Shown here: positions 45,844 through 60,429 of the stretch, piece by piece
Numbering within the stretch: the first letter of the stretch is position 1
Layout: each line of letters opens with the position of its first letter
NCBI GenBank assembly: GCA_964057225.1
Contig: OZ059894.1
Coordinates: forward strand, 10,974,001-11,038,000
Direction of reading: 5' to 3'
DNA: 64,000 bases
Source: Auanema rhodensis
Taxonomy: Eukaryota > Animalia > Nematoda
Notes under the pieces: model-generated
What the model saw: only the letters and a program-made list of their open reading frames with translations
The model's database searches: none
Told to the model about the DNA's origin: nothing
Made by a program: the position numbers and the translations under genes

Positions 45844-47196
45844 AATGTCATATTCTTCATTATCAGTTATATCACTCTAAATCTTGTTGTTAATAGATAC
45901 GACCACAAAGAAAACAACAGGAACAGTAACAATAACAAAAAAAATTTTTTTTTCACCTATGTGTCTAAAGGTTAGCCATGTATCCGTTTATATATATATA
46001 TATATATATATATCAACAGTAAAAAGTCCAATCAAGAGAGAAATTTTTTCAACACATAGTTGTTTTTTTTTTAAATATCATTGTTTTTCCTCATAACTCG
46101 GTTTAAACTCGTTCTAACCCGTTGAAATACGTCTAGAAAGTCTTTATAACATGCATATGTATGATAGAACTTCATATTTATTGTAATAGAAAATTTTATT
46201 TTCAGACGTCTTGGTTAACAATGATATGTTTTACCCCCTTATAATTTTTATCATAATGTTCCTTATACGGAACGCTCAATGAAACTTGCTTCCAGAAAAA
46301 TTTCTTTCTATTTTTTCTTCATATGTACGTAGATACTATAGAGAACTATGATAGAAAACTTTAACATTCACGAAATCATCATTTCTCATTACGCTACGGA
46401 GGTTTAAAAAGCTGTGTTTTACCTTATAATAGACCGGAAAACCCTTGTGTTAAAACTGGACCGTTTTTACACATATAAAAATGTCCCGTATTCGGGACCC
46501 TAATGTAACTTTTGATTCCCTATATTTTTTTTCATGAAATTTACAATCTACTGTAGAAAGAAGAATTATTTTTATAAAAACTGTAAATTTTTGAAAAATG
46601 AAAACAAAACGAAAACAAAAGCAACTTTTTTTTGAACATTTTCTCACACAAGGGTCCCCCCTTACCTACTTTTTTTCTCATTACTCGTTTCAACCTCATC
46701 CGATCACTCTGCAAACATGTTTAATCGTTCTAACTTGTTGAAATACGTCTTAAAAGTCTAAACAACATGCATATGCATAATAGAAACCACCCGAATAGGC
46801 CCCCACGCACTAAACGAGATATATACATTACCAGTATAGTAATAGAACACATATTGAAGATTAATTCCATAAGAACAATTTATTGACGTAGAGAATGTTT
46901 GTTCCGAAAAACTACAATATTAAACTATAAAAGTAACAAAAGCGTAGAGGCAGCAAAGACATGAATAAACATAAATGTAAATACAGAATTACCAGGTAGT
47001 ACATAAGTATGACAAAAAATTATAAGAAAGCCATGAAAATAGAAGGTTTGTGAACAAATGAGAGGTACATCTTTGATCGTATAGTCATTTCTAAACCGTT
47101 CGTATGCTGCAGCATCGTCATAAGCGTCACTCAAGTTGAATTTCCATGTGTACTACACGATTTTCATTCTTATTGTTACATTCTTTCCCTGAGGGA

Positions 47197-47381
47197 ATGG
47201 GCCGTTCCCGCCAGCAGTGCAAGAGCGGGTCGACCCGTGAGGTGGAGCTAGCAAGCCAGCATCTACCTCAAGTCTCAAAAATCGGTTAACCTTATTGTGA
47301 ACCAATGGAACACATATCGAAGGTTAATTCGATAAGAACGATTACTACACTTTGATCTTAGCCAAAAGGCCGAGAAGCGAT
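47197..47381 (-). ncRNA. U2: U2 snRNA
   Basis: Array copy. Confidence 0.95.
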
Positions 47382-47823
47382 ACAGCATAGCCATGAGTAT
47401 CAAAGACATCAAGCAAATGTATCGTACTTGTTACGAGTGCACTCTCTCATTTGAATATAAAAGTGTGGTTTGACAATCTTGACTGTACAGGTCATAAATG
47501 GCTCATATAAACTGTGGATTTACTCAACTTTTGGACTTATTTTTTTCTTATTCGAAGCGCTGCACTTTTTTCTATTCTTTTTATTCAAATACTTGTATAT
47601 AGTTTTATATGTACGGTTGCAAAGTTTCCGAATATTTTATATATTTTTATACAATAATTAGGAGAAGGTTAATACAATGAAATCTCCCAACTTTACAGTG
47701 TTTGTATTGCTTACAGTATCTAGAACAACCACTCTTGTAATATTAGAGCACATATCAATCAACAACTTTTTCTAGTTATCAAAGCTTTTTTATTTCTTCA
47801 AGATATTTCAAATAAAATATAAA

Positions 47824-47942
47824 AGCTTACGACACCCGGGATTCCCAAGCCGTCTCCGATCCAAGTACTAACCGGGCCCAACGTTGCTTGACTTGCCAGA
47901 TCGGACGGGATGGCGTACTTTCAACGTGGTATGGTCGTAAGC
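47824..47942 (-). rRNA. 5S: 5S rRNA
   Basis: Array copy. Confidence 0.95.
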
Positions 47943-48183
47943 AATGTTATATTCTTCATTATCAGTTATATCACTCTAAATCTTGTTGTTAATAGTTAGG
48001 ACCACAAAGAAAACAACAGGAACAGTAACAAATGAAATGCCCAAACTTTACAGTGTTCGAGTTATTTACAGTATCTAAGACTACCTCTGTCGTGTTATTA
48101 GAGCAAACATTCGATTAACAACAACTTTTTTTTAGTTATCAAAGCTTTTTTATTTCTTCAAAAAATTTCAAATAAAATATAAA

Positions 48184-48302
48184 AGCTTACGACACCCGGG
48201 ATTCCCAAGCCGTCTCCGATCCAAGTACTAACCGGGCCCAACGTTGCTTGACTTGCCAGATCGGACGGGATGGCGTACTTTCAACGTGGTATGGTCGTAA
48301 GC
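48184..48302 (-). rRNA. 5S: 5S rRNA
   Basis: Array copy. Confidence 0.95.
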
Positions 48303-49647
48303 AATGTCATATTCTTCATTATCAGTTATATCACTCTAAATCTTGTTGTTAATAGATACGACCACAAAGAAAACAACAGGAACAGTAACAATAACAAAAA
48401 AAATTTTTTTTTCACCTATGTGTCTAAAGGTTAGCCATGTATCCGTTTATATATATATATATATCAACAGTAAAAAGTCCAATCAAGAGAGAAATTTTTT
48501 CAACACATAGTTGTTTTTTTTTTAAATATCATTGTTTTTCCTCATAACTCGGTTTAAACTCGTTCTAACCCGTTGAAATACGTCTAGAAAGTCTTTATAA
48601 CATGCATATGTATGATAGAACTTCATATTTATTGTAATAGAAAATTTTATTTTCAGACGTCTTGGTTAACAATGATATGTTTTACCCCCTTATAATTTTT
48701 ATCATAATGTTCCTTATACGGAACGCTCAATGAAACTTGCTTCCAGAAAAATTTCTTTCTATTTTTTCTTCATATGTACGTAGATACTATAGAGAACTAT
48801 GATAGAAAACTTTAACATTCACGAAATCATCATTTCTCATTACGCTACGGAGGTTTAAAAAGCTGTGTTTTACCTTATAATAGACCGGAAAACCCTTGTG
48901 TTAAAACTGGACCGTTTTTACACATATAAAAATGTCCCGTATTCGGGACCCTAATGTAACTTTTGATTCCCTATATTTTTTTTCATGAAATTTACAATCT
49001 ACTGTAGAAAGAAGAATTATTTTTATAAAAACTGTAAATTTTTGAAAAATGAAAACAAAACGAAAACAAAAACAACTTTTTTTTGAACATTTTCTCACAC
49101 AAGGGTCCTCCCTTACCTACTTTTTTTCTCATTACTCGTTTCAACCTCATCCGATCACTCTGCAAACATGTTTAATCGTTCTAACTTGTTGAAATACGTC
49201 TTAAAAGTCTAAACAACATGCATATGCATAATAGAAACCACCCGAATAGGCCCCCACGCACTAAACGAGATATATACATTACCAGTATAGTAATAGAACA
49301 CATATTGAAGATTAATTCCATAAGAACAATTTATTGACGTAGAGAATGTTTGTTCCGAAAAACTACAATATTAAACTATAAAAGTAACAAAAGCGTAGAG
49401 GCAGCAAAGACATGAATAAACATAAATGTAAATACAGAATTACCAGGTAGTACATAAGTATGACAAAAAATTATAAGAAAGCCATGACAATAGAAGGTTT
49501 GTGAACAAATGAGAGGTACATCTTTGATCGTATAGTCATTTCTAAACCGTTCGTATGCTGCAGCATCGTCATAAGCGTCATTCAAGTTGAATTTCCATGT
49601 GTACTACACGATTTTCATTCTTATTGTTACATTCTTTCCCTGAGGGA

Positions 49648-49795
49648 ATGGGCCGTTCCCGCCAGCAGTGCAAGAGCGGGTCGACCCGTGAGGTGGAGCT
49701 AGCAAGCCAGCATCTACCTCAAGTCTCAAAAATCGGTTAACCTTATTGTGAACCAATGGAACACATATCGAAGGTTAATTCGATAAGAACGATTA
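49648..49795 (-). pseudogene. U2: U2 snRNA 3' part left by retrotransposon insertion
   Basis: Same junction as 27146. Confidence 0.93.
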
Positions 49796-50903
49796 ATGGT
49801 TTATTGAATAACTAATGTTATGAAACAATAAATAACCAATAAAAAAGAGCCCAGAATCGGGGAGACGGTATTACCAGTACAACTTAAAACAGCAAGTGAT
49901 TAAAAAGTACAAAATAAAACACATTACCAACAGAGGCTAAAACGACTCAAGAGTCGGGGGAGTGGGTTAAAAAAAGTAATGAATAACAAAAAAAATGAAT
50001 AATAAAGCAGAACAGTGAAAAGTAAATATCAAGTGCCGCTATGATCAAACAATTTGAGTGCCTACGGCAATGGTGTTAAAAATAAACAACAAAATACATG
50101 TACCAATGAAGGTCAGAAAGAGAGAAAGAAAAAAGACAAAAATAAGTAATACAAAAAGTAAAAAATATATTACAATCAAATCACAAACAAGTCAATGGAT
50201 AATTTCTTCTTCATACTGCCTTACACCAGAAACATGTTCCACGTAGATATTCCTGGCCCACTTGATGGTATCGGCGACGACGAGCTTCTCCATTAGCCGG
50301 TTGTAGTGGCTGCTGATCTTGAGTGATCGGAGGGCTTGTACGTTGAGCGGGTCCATAGTTCCAAGCATTCCTACGACATACGCTTCTACACTAGTCTTAT
50401 AACCAAGACATTGGTATTGGCTGGCTATGTCAGCATATTTCCTCTCCTTTATCATACGCGCGGCTATCATGGCTTGTCGGCGGTTTTCATAGCTCACTGT
50501 AACATCAACGATACTACAGTGTTTTGCGTCATGATCGACCACTACTATGTCAGGTCGGAGTGTACTATTAATGCCAGGAAGAGGCTGGTTAGTGTAAACT
50601 TCTCCGTTTTTAGGCTCTGGCAGGGCTTTGATAAGACGGTCCACGATGTTGTTGTGGCGGAGTTGGATTGCTCTCGTGTGAAAGTGGCAGTGTCCAAGAA
50701 CATGTGCAGCAGTTTCGTTGGGGTAACTACACCTGCGGCACTGTTTGTTTCCTTCTCCGTGTCTTCTACAGCCATTGAGCTGGAGAGTATTAAGTCGAGC
50801 CTTGTGGATGAATCGCCAATCAGCAAACCGTATGAAATCTCCCTTCGCCATAAAGTGATTGGACGCTTTGTTGAGCATTGTGACATCAAAGACTTTCCCT
50901 TGA
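49796..50903 (-). mobile_element. Heavily 5'-truncated Utopia/NeSL-like element, copy 3 (independent sequence variant)
   Basis: Only CCHC+RLE region and 3' UTR; many substitutions versus copies 1/2; different 5' junction. Confidence 0.92.
50192..50902 (-). pseudogene. C-terminal CCHC + RLE fragment of the retrotransposon ORF
   Basis: QGKVFDVTMLNK...CRRC..H..C, RPDIVV..D, KERKY. Confidence 0.9.
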
Positions 50904-50949
50904 TACTACACGATTTTCATTCTTATTGTTACATTCTTTCCCTGAGGGA

Positions 50950-51134
50950 ATGGGCCGTTCCCGCCAGCAGTGCAAGAGCGGGTCGACCCGTGAGGTGGAG
51001 CTAGCAAGCCAGCATCTACCTCAAGTCTCAAAAATCGGTTAACCTTATTGTGAACCAATGGAACACATATCGAAGGTTAATTCGATAAGAACGATTACTA
51101 CACTTTGATCTTAGCCAAAAGGCCGAGAAGCGAT
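50950..51134 (-). ncRNA. U2: U2 snRNA (intact, directly upstream of copy 3)
   Basis: Array copy. Confidence 0.95.
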
Positions 51135-51576
51135 ACAGCATAGCCATGAGTATCAAAGACATCAAGCAAATGTATCGTACTTGTTACGAGTGCACTCTCT
51201 CATTTGAATATAAAAGTGTGGTTTGACAATCTTGACTGTACAGGTCATAAATGGCTCATATAAAATGTGGATTTACTCAACTTTTGGACTTATTTTTTTC
51301 TTATTCGAAGCGCTGCACTTTTTTCTATTCTTTTTATTCAAATACTTGTATATAGTTTTATATGTACGGTTGCAAAGTTTCCGAATATTTTATATATTTT
51401 TATACAATAATTAGGAGAAGGTTAATACAATGAAATCTCCCAACTTTACAGTGTTTGTATTGCTTACAGTATCTAGAACAACCACTCTTGTAATATTAGA
51501 GCACATATCAATCAACAACTTTTTCTAGTTATCTAAGCTTTTTTATTTCTTCAAGATATTTCAAATAAAATATAAA

Positions 51577-51695
51577 AGCTTACGACACCCGGGATTCCCA
51601 AGCCGTCTCCGATCCAAGTACTAACCGGGCCCAACGTTGCTTGACTTGCCAGATCGGACGGGATGGCGTACTTTCAACGTGGTATGGTCGTAAGC
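51577..51695 (-). rRNA. 5S: 5S rRNA (only one in this unit)
   Basis: Array copy; 360-bp sub-repeat missing. Confidence 0.95.
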
Positions 51696-51837
51696 AATGT
51701 CATATTCTTCATTATCAGTTATATCACTCTAAATCTTGTTGTTAATAGATACGACCACAAAGAAAACAACAGGAACAGTAACAATAACAAAAAAAATTTT
51801 TTTTTCACCTATGTGTCTAAAGGTTAGCCATGTATCC

Positions 51838-51879
<42 letters not shown>

Positions 51880-53060
51880 ACAGTAAAAAGTCCAATCAAG
51901 AGAGAAATTTTTTCAACACATAGTTGTTTTTTTTTTAAATATCATTGTTTTTTCTCATAACTCGGTTTAAACTCGTTCTAACCCGTTGAAATACGTCTAG
52001 AAAGTCTTTATAACATGCATATGTATGATAGAACTTCATATTTATTGTAATAGAAAATTTTATTTTCAGACGTCTTGGTTAACAATGATATGTTTTACCC
52101 CCTTATAATTTTTATCATAATGTTCCTTATACGGAACGCTCAATGAAACTTGCTTCCAGAAAAATTTCTTTCTATTTTTTCTTCATATGTACGTAGATAC
52201 TATAGAGAACTATGATAGAAAACTTTAACATTCACGAAATCATCATCTCTCATTACGCTACGGAGGTTTAAAAAGCTGTGTTTTACCTTATAATAGACCG
52301 GAAAACCCTTGTGTTAAAACTGGACCGTTTTTACACATATAAAAATGTCCCGTATTCGGGACCCTAATGTAACTTTTGATTCCCTATATTTTTTTTCATG
52401 AAATTTACAATCTACTGTAGAAAGAAGAATTATTTTTATAAAAACTGTAAATTTTTGAAAAATGAAAACAAAACGAAAAAAAAAAAAACTTTTTTTTGAA
52501 CATTTTCTCACACAAGGGTCCCCCCTTACCTACTTTTTTTCTCATTACTCGTTTCAACCTCATCCGATCACTCTGCAAACATGTTTAATCGTTCTAACTT
52601 GTTGAAATACGTCTTAAAAGTCTAAACAACATGCATATGCATAATAGAAACCACCCGAATAGGCCCCCACGCACTAAACGAGATATATACATTACCAGTA
52701 TAGTAATAGAACACATATTGAAGATTAATTCGATAAGAACAATTTATTGACGTAGAGAATGTTTGTTCCGAAAAACTACAATATTAAACTATAAAAGTAA
52801 CAAAAGCGTAGAGGCAGCAAAGACATGAATAAACATAAATGTAAATACAGAATTACCAGGTAGTACATAAGTATGACAAAAAATTATAAGAAAGCCATGA
52901 AAATAGAAGGTTTGTGAACAAATGAGAGGTACATCTTTGATCGTATAGTCATTTCTAAACCGTTCGTATGCTGCAGCATCGTCATAAGCGTCACTCAAGT
53001 TGAATTTCCATGTGTACTACACGATTTTCATTCTTATTGTTACATTCTTTCCCTGAGGGA

Positions 53061-53245
53061 ATGGGCCGTTCCCGCCAGCAGTGCAAGAGCGGGTCGACCC
53101 GTGAGGTGGAGCTAGCAAGCCAGCATCTACCTCAAGTCTCAAAAATCGGTTAACCTTATTGTGAACCAATGGAACACATATCGAAGGTTAATTCGATAAG
53201 AACGATTACTACACTTTGATCTTAGCCAAAAGGCCGAGAAGCGAT
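53061..53245 (-). ncRNA. U2: U2 snRNA
   Basis: Array copy. Confidence 0.95.
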
Positions 53246-53687
53246 ACAGCATAGCCATGAGTATCAAAGACATCAAGCAAATGTATCGTACTTGTTACGA
53301 GTGCACTCTCTCATTTGAATATAAAAGTGTGGTTTGACAATCTTGACTGTACAGGTCATAAATGGCTCATATAAACTGTGGATTTACTCAACTTTTGGAC
53401 TTATTTTTTTCTTATTCGAAGCGCTGCACTTTTTTCTATTCTTTTTATTCAAATACTTGTATATAGTTTTATATGTACGGTTGCAAAGTTTCCGAATATT
53501 TTATATATTTTTATACAATAATTAGGAGAAGGTTAATACAATGAAATCTCCCAACTTTACAGTGTTTGTATTGCTTACAGTATCTAGAACAACCACTCTT
53601 GTAATATTAGAGCACATATCAATCAACAACTTTTTCTAGTTATCAAAGCTTTTTTATTTCTTCAAGATATTTCAAATAAAATATAAA

Positions 53688-53806
53688 AGCTTACGACACC
53701 CGGGATTCCCAAGCCGTCTCCGATCCAAGTACTAACCGGGCCCAACGTTGCTTGACTTGCCAGATCGGACGGGATGGCGTACTTTCAACGTGGTATGGTC
53801 GTAAGC
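53688..53806 (-). rRNA. 5S: 5S rRNA
   Basis: Array copy. Confidence 0.95.
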
Positions 53807-54047
53807 AATGTTATATTCTTCATTATCAGTTATATCACTCTAAATCTTGTTGTTAATAGATACGACCACAAAGAAAACAACAGGAACAGTAACAAATGAA
53901 ATGCCCAAACTTTACAGTGTTCGAGTTATTTACAGTATCTAAGACTACCTCTGTCGTGTTATTAGAGCAAACATTCGATTAACAACAACTTTTTTTTAGT
54001 TATCAAAGCTTTTTTATTTCTTCAAAAAATTTCAAATAAAATATAAA

Positions 54048-54166
54048 AGCTTACGACACCCGGGATTCCCAAGCCGTCTCCGATCCAAGTACTAACCGGG
54101 CCCAACGTTGCTTGACTTGCCAGATCGGACGGGATGGCGTACTTTCAACGTGGTATGGTCGTAAGC
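54048..54166 (-). rRNA. 5S: 5S rRNA
   Basis: Array copy. Confidence 0.95.
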
Positions 54167-55519
54167 AATGTCATATTCTTCATTATCAGTTATATCACTC
54201 TAAATCTTGTTGTTAATAGATACGACCACAAAGAAAACAACAGGAACAGTAACAATAACAAAAAAAATTTTTTTTTCACCTATGTGTCTAAAGGTTAGCC
54301 ATGTATCCGTTTATATATATATATATATATATATATCAACAGTAAAAAGTCCAATCAAGAGAGAAATTTTTTCAACACATAGTTGTTTTTTTTTTAAATA
54401 TCATTGTTTTTCCTCATAACTCGGTTTAAACTCGTTCTAACCCGTTGAAATACGTCTAGAAAGTCTTTATAACATGCATATGTATGATAGAACTTCATAT
54501 TTATTGTAATAGAAAATTTTATTTTCAGACGTCTTGGTTAACAATGATATGTTTTACCCCCTTATAATTTTTATCATAATGTTCCTTATACGGAACGCTC
54601 AATGAAACTTGCTTCCAGAAAAATTTCTTTCTATTTTTTCTTCATATGTACGTAGATACTATAGAGAACTATGATAGAAAACTTTAACATTCACGAAATC
54701 ATCATTTCTCATTACGCTACGGAGGTTTAAAAAGCTGTGTTTTACCTTATAATAGACCGGAAAACCCTTGTGTTAAAACTGGACCGTTTTTACACATATA
54801 AAAATGTCCCGTATTCGGGACCCTAATGTAACTTTTGATTCCCTATATTTTTTTTCATGAAATTTACAATCTACTGTAGAAAGAAGAATTATTTTTATAA
54901 AAACTGTAAATTTTTGAAAAATGAAAACAAAACGAAAACAAAAACAACTTTTTTTTGAACATTTTCTCACACAAGGGTCCCCCCTTACCTACTTTTTTTC
55001 TCATTACTCGTTTCAACCTCATCCGATCACTCTGCAAACATGTTTAATCGTTCTAACTTGTTGAAATACGTCTTAAAAGTCTAAACAACATGCATATGCA
55101 TAATAGAAACCACCCGAATAGGCCCCCACGCACTAAACGAGATATATACATTACCAGTATAGTAATAGAACACATATTGAAGATTAATTCGATAAGAACA
55201 ATTTATTGACGTAGAGAATGTTTGTTCCGAAAAACTACAATATTAAACTATAAAAGTAACAAAAGCGTAGAGGCAGCAAAGACATGAATAAACATAAATG
55301 TAAATACAGAATTACCAGGTAGTACATAAGTATGACAAAAAATTATAAGAAAGCCATGAAAATAGAAGGTTTGTGAACAAATGAGAGGTACATCTTTGAT
55401 CGTATAGTCATTTCTAAACCGTTCGTATGCTGCAGCATCGTCATAAGCGTCACTCAAGTTGAATTTCCATGTGTACTACACGATTTTCATTCTTATTGTT
55501 ACATTCTTTCCCTGAGGGA

Positions 55520-55704
55520 ATGGGCCGTTCCCGCCAGCAGTGCAAGAGCGGGTCGACCCGTGAGGTGGAGCTAGCAAGCCAGCATCTACCTCAAGTCTCA
55601 AAAATCGGTTAACCTTATTGTGAACCAATGGAACACATATCGAAGGTTAATTCGATAAGAACGATTACTACACTTTGATCTTAGCCAAAAGGCCGAGAAG
55701 CGAT
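55520..55704 (-). ncRNA. U2: U2 snRNA
   Basis: Array copy. Confidence 0.95.
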
Positions 55705-56146
55705 ACAGCATAGCCATGAGTATCAAAGACATCAAGCAAATGTATCGTACTTGTTACGAGTGCACTCTCTCATTTGAATATAAAAGTGTGGTTTGACAAT
55801 CTTGACTGTACAGGTCATAAATGGCTCATATAAACTGTGGATTTACTCAACTTTTGGACTTATTTTTTTCTTATTCGAAGCGCTGCACTTTTTTCTATTC
55901 TTTTTATTCAAATACTTGTATATAGTTTTATATGTACGGTTGCAAAGTTTCCGAATATTTTATATATTTTTATACAATAATTAGGAGAAGGTTAATACAA
56001 TGAAATCTCCCAACTTTACAGTGTTTGTATTGCTTACAGTATCTAGAACAACCACTCTTGTAATATTAGAGCACATATCAATCAACAACTTTTTCTAGTT
56101 ATCAAAGCTTTTTTATTTCTTCAAGATATTTCAAATAAAATATAAA

Positions 56147-56265
56147 AGCTTACGACACCCGGGATTCCCAAGCCGTCTCCGATCCAAGTACTAACCGGGC
56201 CCAACGTTGCTTGACTTGCCAGATCGGACGGGATGGCGTACTTTCAACGTGGTATGGTCGTAAGC
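56147..56265 (-). rRNA. 5S: 5S rRNA
   Basis: Array copy. Confidence 0.95.
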
Positions 56266-56506
56266 AATGTTATATTCTTCATTATCAGTTATATCACTCT
56301 AAATCTTGTTGTTAATAGATACGACCACAAAGAAAACAACAGGAACAGTAACAAATGAAATGCCCAAACTTTACAGTGTTCGAGTTATTTACAGTATCTA
56401 AGACTACCTCTGTCGTGTTATTAGAGCAAACATTCGATTAACAACAACTTTTTTTTAGTTATCAAAGCTTTTTTATTTCTTCAAAAAATTTCAAATAAAA
56501 TATAAA

Positions 56507-56625
56507 AGCTTACGACACCCGGGATTCCCAAGCCGTCTCCGATCCAAGTACTAACCGGGCCCAACGTTGCTTGACTTGCCAGATCGGACGGGATGGCGTA
56601 CTTTCAACGTGGTATGGTCGTAAGC
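56507..56625 (-). rRNA. 5S: 5S rRNA
   Basis: Array copy. Confidence 0.95.
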
Positions 56626-57978
56626 AATGTCATATTCTTCATTATCAGTTATATCACTCTAAATCTTGTTGTTAATAGATACGACCACAAAGAAAACAAC
56701 AGGAACAGTAACAATAACAAAAAAAATTTTTTTTTCACCTATGTGTCTAAAGGTTAGCCATGTATCCGTTTATATATATATATATATATATATATCAACA
56801 GTAAAAAGTCCAATCAAGAGAGAAATTTTTTCAACACATAGTTGTTTTTTTTTTAAATATCATTGTTTTTCCTCATAACTCGGTTTAAACTCGTTCTAAC
56901 CCGTTGAAATACGTCTAGAAAGTCTTTATAACATGCATATGTATGATAGAACTTCATATTTATTGTAATAGAAAATTTTATTTTCAGACGTCTTGGTTAA
57001 CAATGATATGTTTTACCCCCTTATAATTTTTATCATAATGTTCCTTATACGGAACGCTCAATGAAACTTGCTTCCAGAAAAATTTCTTTCTATTTTTTCT
57101 TCATATGTACGTAGATACTATAGAGAACTATGATAGAAAACTTTAACATTCACGAAATCATCATTTCTCATTACGCTACGGAGGTTTAAAAAGCTGTGTT
57201 TTACCTTATAATAGACCGGAAAACCCTTGTGTTAAAACTGGACCGTTTTTACACATATAAAAATGTCCCGTATTCGGGACCCTAATGTAACTTTTGATTC
57301 CCTATATTTTTTTTCATGAAATTTACAATCTACTGTAGAAAGAAGAATTATTTTTATAAAAACTGTAAATTTTTGAAAAATGAAAACAAAACGAAAACAA
57401 AAACAACTTTTTTTTGAACATTTTCTCACACAAGGGTCCCCCCTTACCTACTTTTTTTCTCATTACTCGTTTCAACCTCATCCGATCACTCTGCAAACAT
57501 GTTTAATCGTTCTAACTTGTTGAAATACGTCTTAAAAGTCTAAACAACATGCATATGCATAATAGAAACCACCCGAATAGGCCCCCACGCACTAAACGAG
57601 ATATATACATTACCAGTATAGTAATAGAACACATATTGAAGATTAATTCGATAAGAACAATTTATTGACGTAGAGAATGTTTGTTCCGAAAAACTACAAT
57701 ATTAAACTATAAAAGTAACAAAAGCGTAGAGGCAGCAAAGACATGAATAAACATAAATGTAAATACAGAATTACCAGGTAGTACATAAGTATGACAAAAA
57801 ATTATAAGAAAGCCATGAAAATAGAAGGTTTGTGAACAAATGAGAGGTACATCTTTGATCGTATAGTCATTTCTAAACCGTTCGTATGCTGCAGCATCGT
57901 CATAAGCGTCACTCAAGTTGAATTTCCATGTGTACTACACGATTTTCATTCTTATTGTTACATTCTTTCCCTGAGGGA

Positions 57979-58163
57979 ATGGGCCGTTCCCGCCAGCAGT
58001 GCAAGAGCGGGTCGACCCGTGAGGTGGAGCTAGCAAGCCAGCATCTACCTCAAGTCTCAAAAATCGGTTAACCTTATTGTGAACCAATGGAACACATATC
58101 GAAGGTTAATTCGATAAGAACGATTACTACACTTTGATCTTAGCCAAAAGGCCGAGAAGCGAT
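57979..58163 (-). ncRNA. U2: U2 snRNA
   Basis: Array copy. Confidence 0.95.
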
Positions 58164-58605
58164 ACAGCATAGCCATGAGTATCAAAGACATCAAGCAAAT
58201 GTATCGTACTTGTTACGAGTGCACTCTCTCATTTGAATATAAAAGTGTGGTTTGACAATCTTGACTGTACAGGTCATAAATGGCTCATATAAACTGTGGA
58301 TTTACTCAACTTTTGGACTTATTTTTTTCTTATTCGAAGCGCTGCACTTTTTTCTATTCTTTTTATTCAAATACTTGTATATAGTTTTATATGTACGGTT
58401 GCAAAGTTTCCGAATATTTTATATATTTTTATACAATAATTAGGAGAAGGTTAATACAATGAAATCTCCCAACTTTACAGTGTTTGTATTGCTTACAGTA
58501 TCTAGAACAACCACTCTTGTAATATTAGAGCACATATCAATCAACAACTTTTTCTAGTTATCAAAGCTTTTTTATTTCTTCAAGATATTTCAAATAAAAT
58601 ATAAA

Positions 58606-58724
58606 AGCTTACGACACCCGGGATTCCCAAGCCGTCTCCGATCCAAGTACTAACCGGGCCCAACGTTGCTTGACTTGCCAGATCGGACGGGATGGCGTAC
58701 TTTCAACGTGGTATGGTCGTAAGC
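58606..58724 (-). rRNA. 5S: 5S rRNA
   Basis: Array copy. Confidence 0.95.
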
Positions 58725-58965
58725 AATGTTATATTCTTCATTATCAGTTATATCACTCTAAATCTTGTTGTTAATAGTTAGGACCACAAAGAAAACAACA
58801 GGAACAGTAACAAATGAAATGCCCAAACTTTACAGTGTTCGAGTTATTTACAGTATCTAAGACTACCTCTGTCGTGTTATTAGAGCAAACATTCGATTAA
58901 CAACAACTTTTTTTTAGTTATCAAAGCTTTTTTATTTCTTCAAAAAATTTCAAATAAAATATAAA

Positions 58966-59084
58966 AGCTTACGACACCCGGGATTCCCAAGCCGTCTCCG
59001 ATCCAAGTACTAACCGGGCCCAACGTTGCTTGACTTGCCAGATCGGACGGGATGGCGTACTTTCAACGTGGTATGGTCGTAAGC
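58966..59084 (-). rRNA. 5S: 5S rRNA
   Basis: Array copy. Confidence 0.95.
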
Positions 59085-60429
59085 AATGTCATATTCTTCA
59101 TTATCAGTTATATCACTCTAAATCTTGTTGTTAATAGATACGACCACAAAGAAAACAACAGGAACAGTAACAATAACAAAAAAAATTTTTTTTTCACCTA
59201 TGTGTCTAAAGGTTAGCCATGTATCCGTTTATATATATATATATATCAACAGTAAAAAGTCCAATCAAGAGAGAAATTTTTTCAACACATAGTTGTTTTT
59301 TTTTTAAATATCATTGTTTTTCCTCATAACTCGGTTTAAACTCGTTCTAACCCGTTGAAATACGTCTAGAAAGTCTTTATAACATGCATATGTATGATAG
59401 AACTTCATATTTATTGTAATAGAAAATTTTATTTTCAGACGTCTTGGTTAACAATGATATGTTTTACCCCCTTATAATTTTTATCATAATGTTCCTTATA
59501 CGGAACGCTCAATGAAACTTGCTTCCAGAAAAATTTCTTTCTATTTTTTCTTCATATGTACGTAGATACTATAGAGAACTATGATAGAAAACTTTAACAT
59601 TCACGAAATCATCATTTCTCATTACGCTACGGAGGTTTAAAAAGCTGTGTTTTACCTTATAATAGACCGGAAAACCCTTGTGTTAAAACTGGACCGTTTT
59701 TACACATATAAAAATGTCCCGTATTCGGGACCCTAATGTAACTTTTGATTCCCTATATTTTTTTTCATGAAATTTACAATCTACTGTAGAAAGAAGAATT
59801 ATTTTTATAAAAACTGTAAATTTTTGAAAAATGAAAACAAAACGAAAACAAAAACAACTTTTTTTTGAACATTTTCTCACACAAGGGTCCCCCCTTACCT
59901 ACTTTTTTTCTCATTACTCGTTTCAACCTCATCCGATCACTCTGCAAACATGTTTAATCGTTCTAACTTGTTGAAATACGTCTTAAAAGTCTAAACAACA
60001 TGCATATGCATAATAGAAACCACCCGAATAGGCCCCCACGCACTAAACGAGATATATACATTACCAGTATAGTAATAGAACACATATTGAAGATTAATTC
60101 GATAAGAACAATTTATTGACGTAGAGAATGTTTGTTCCGAAAAACTACAATATTAAACTATAAAAGTAACAAAAGCGTAGAGGCAGCAAAGACATGAATA
60201 AACATAAATGTAAATACAGAATTACCAGGTAGTACATAAGTATGACAAAAAATTATAAGAAAGCCATGAAAATAGAAGGTTTGTGAACAAATGAGAGGTA
60301 CATCTTTGATCGTATAGTCATTTCTAAACCGTTCGTATGCTGCAGCATCGTCATAAGCGTCACTCAAGTTGAATTTCCATGTGTACTACACGATTTTCAT
60401 TCTTATTGTTACATTCTTTCCCTGAGGGA

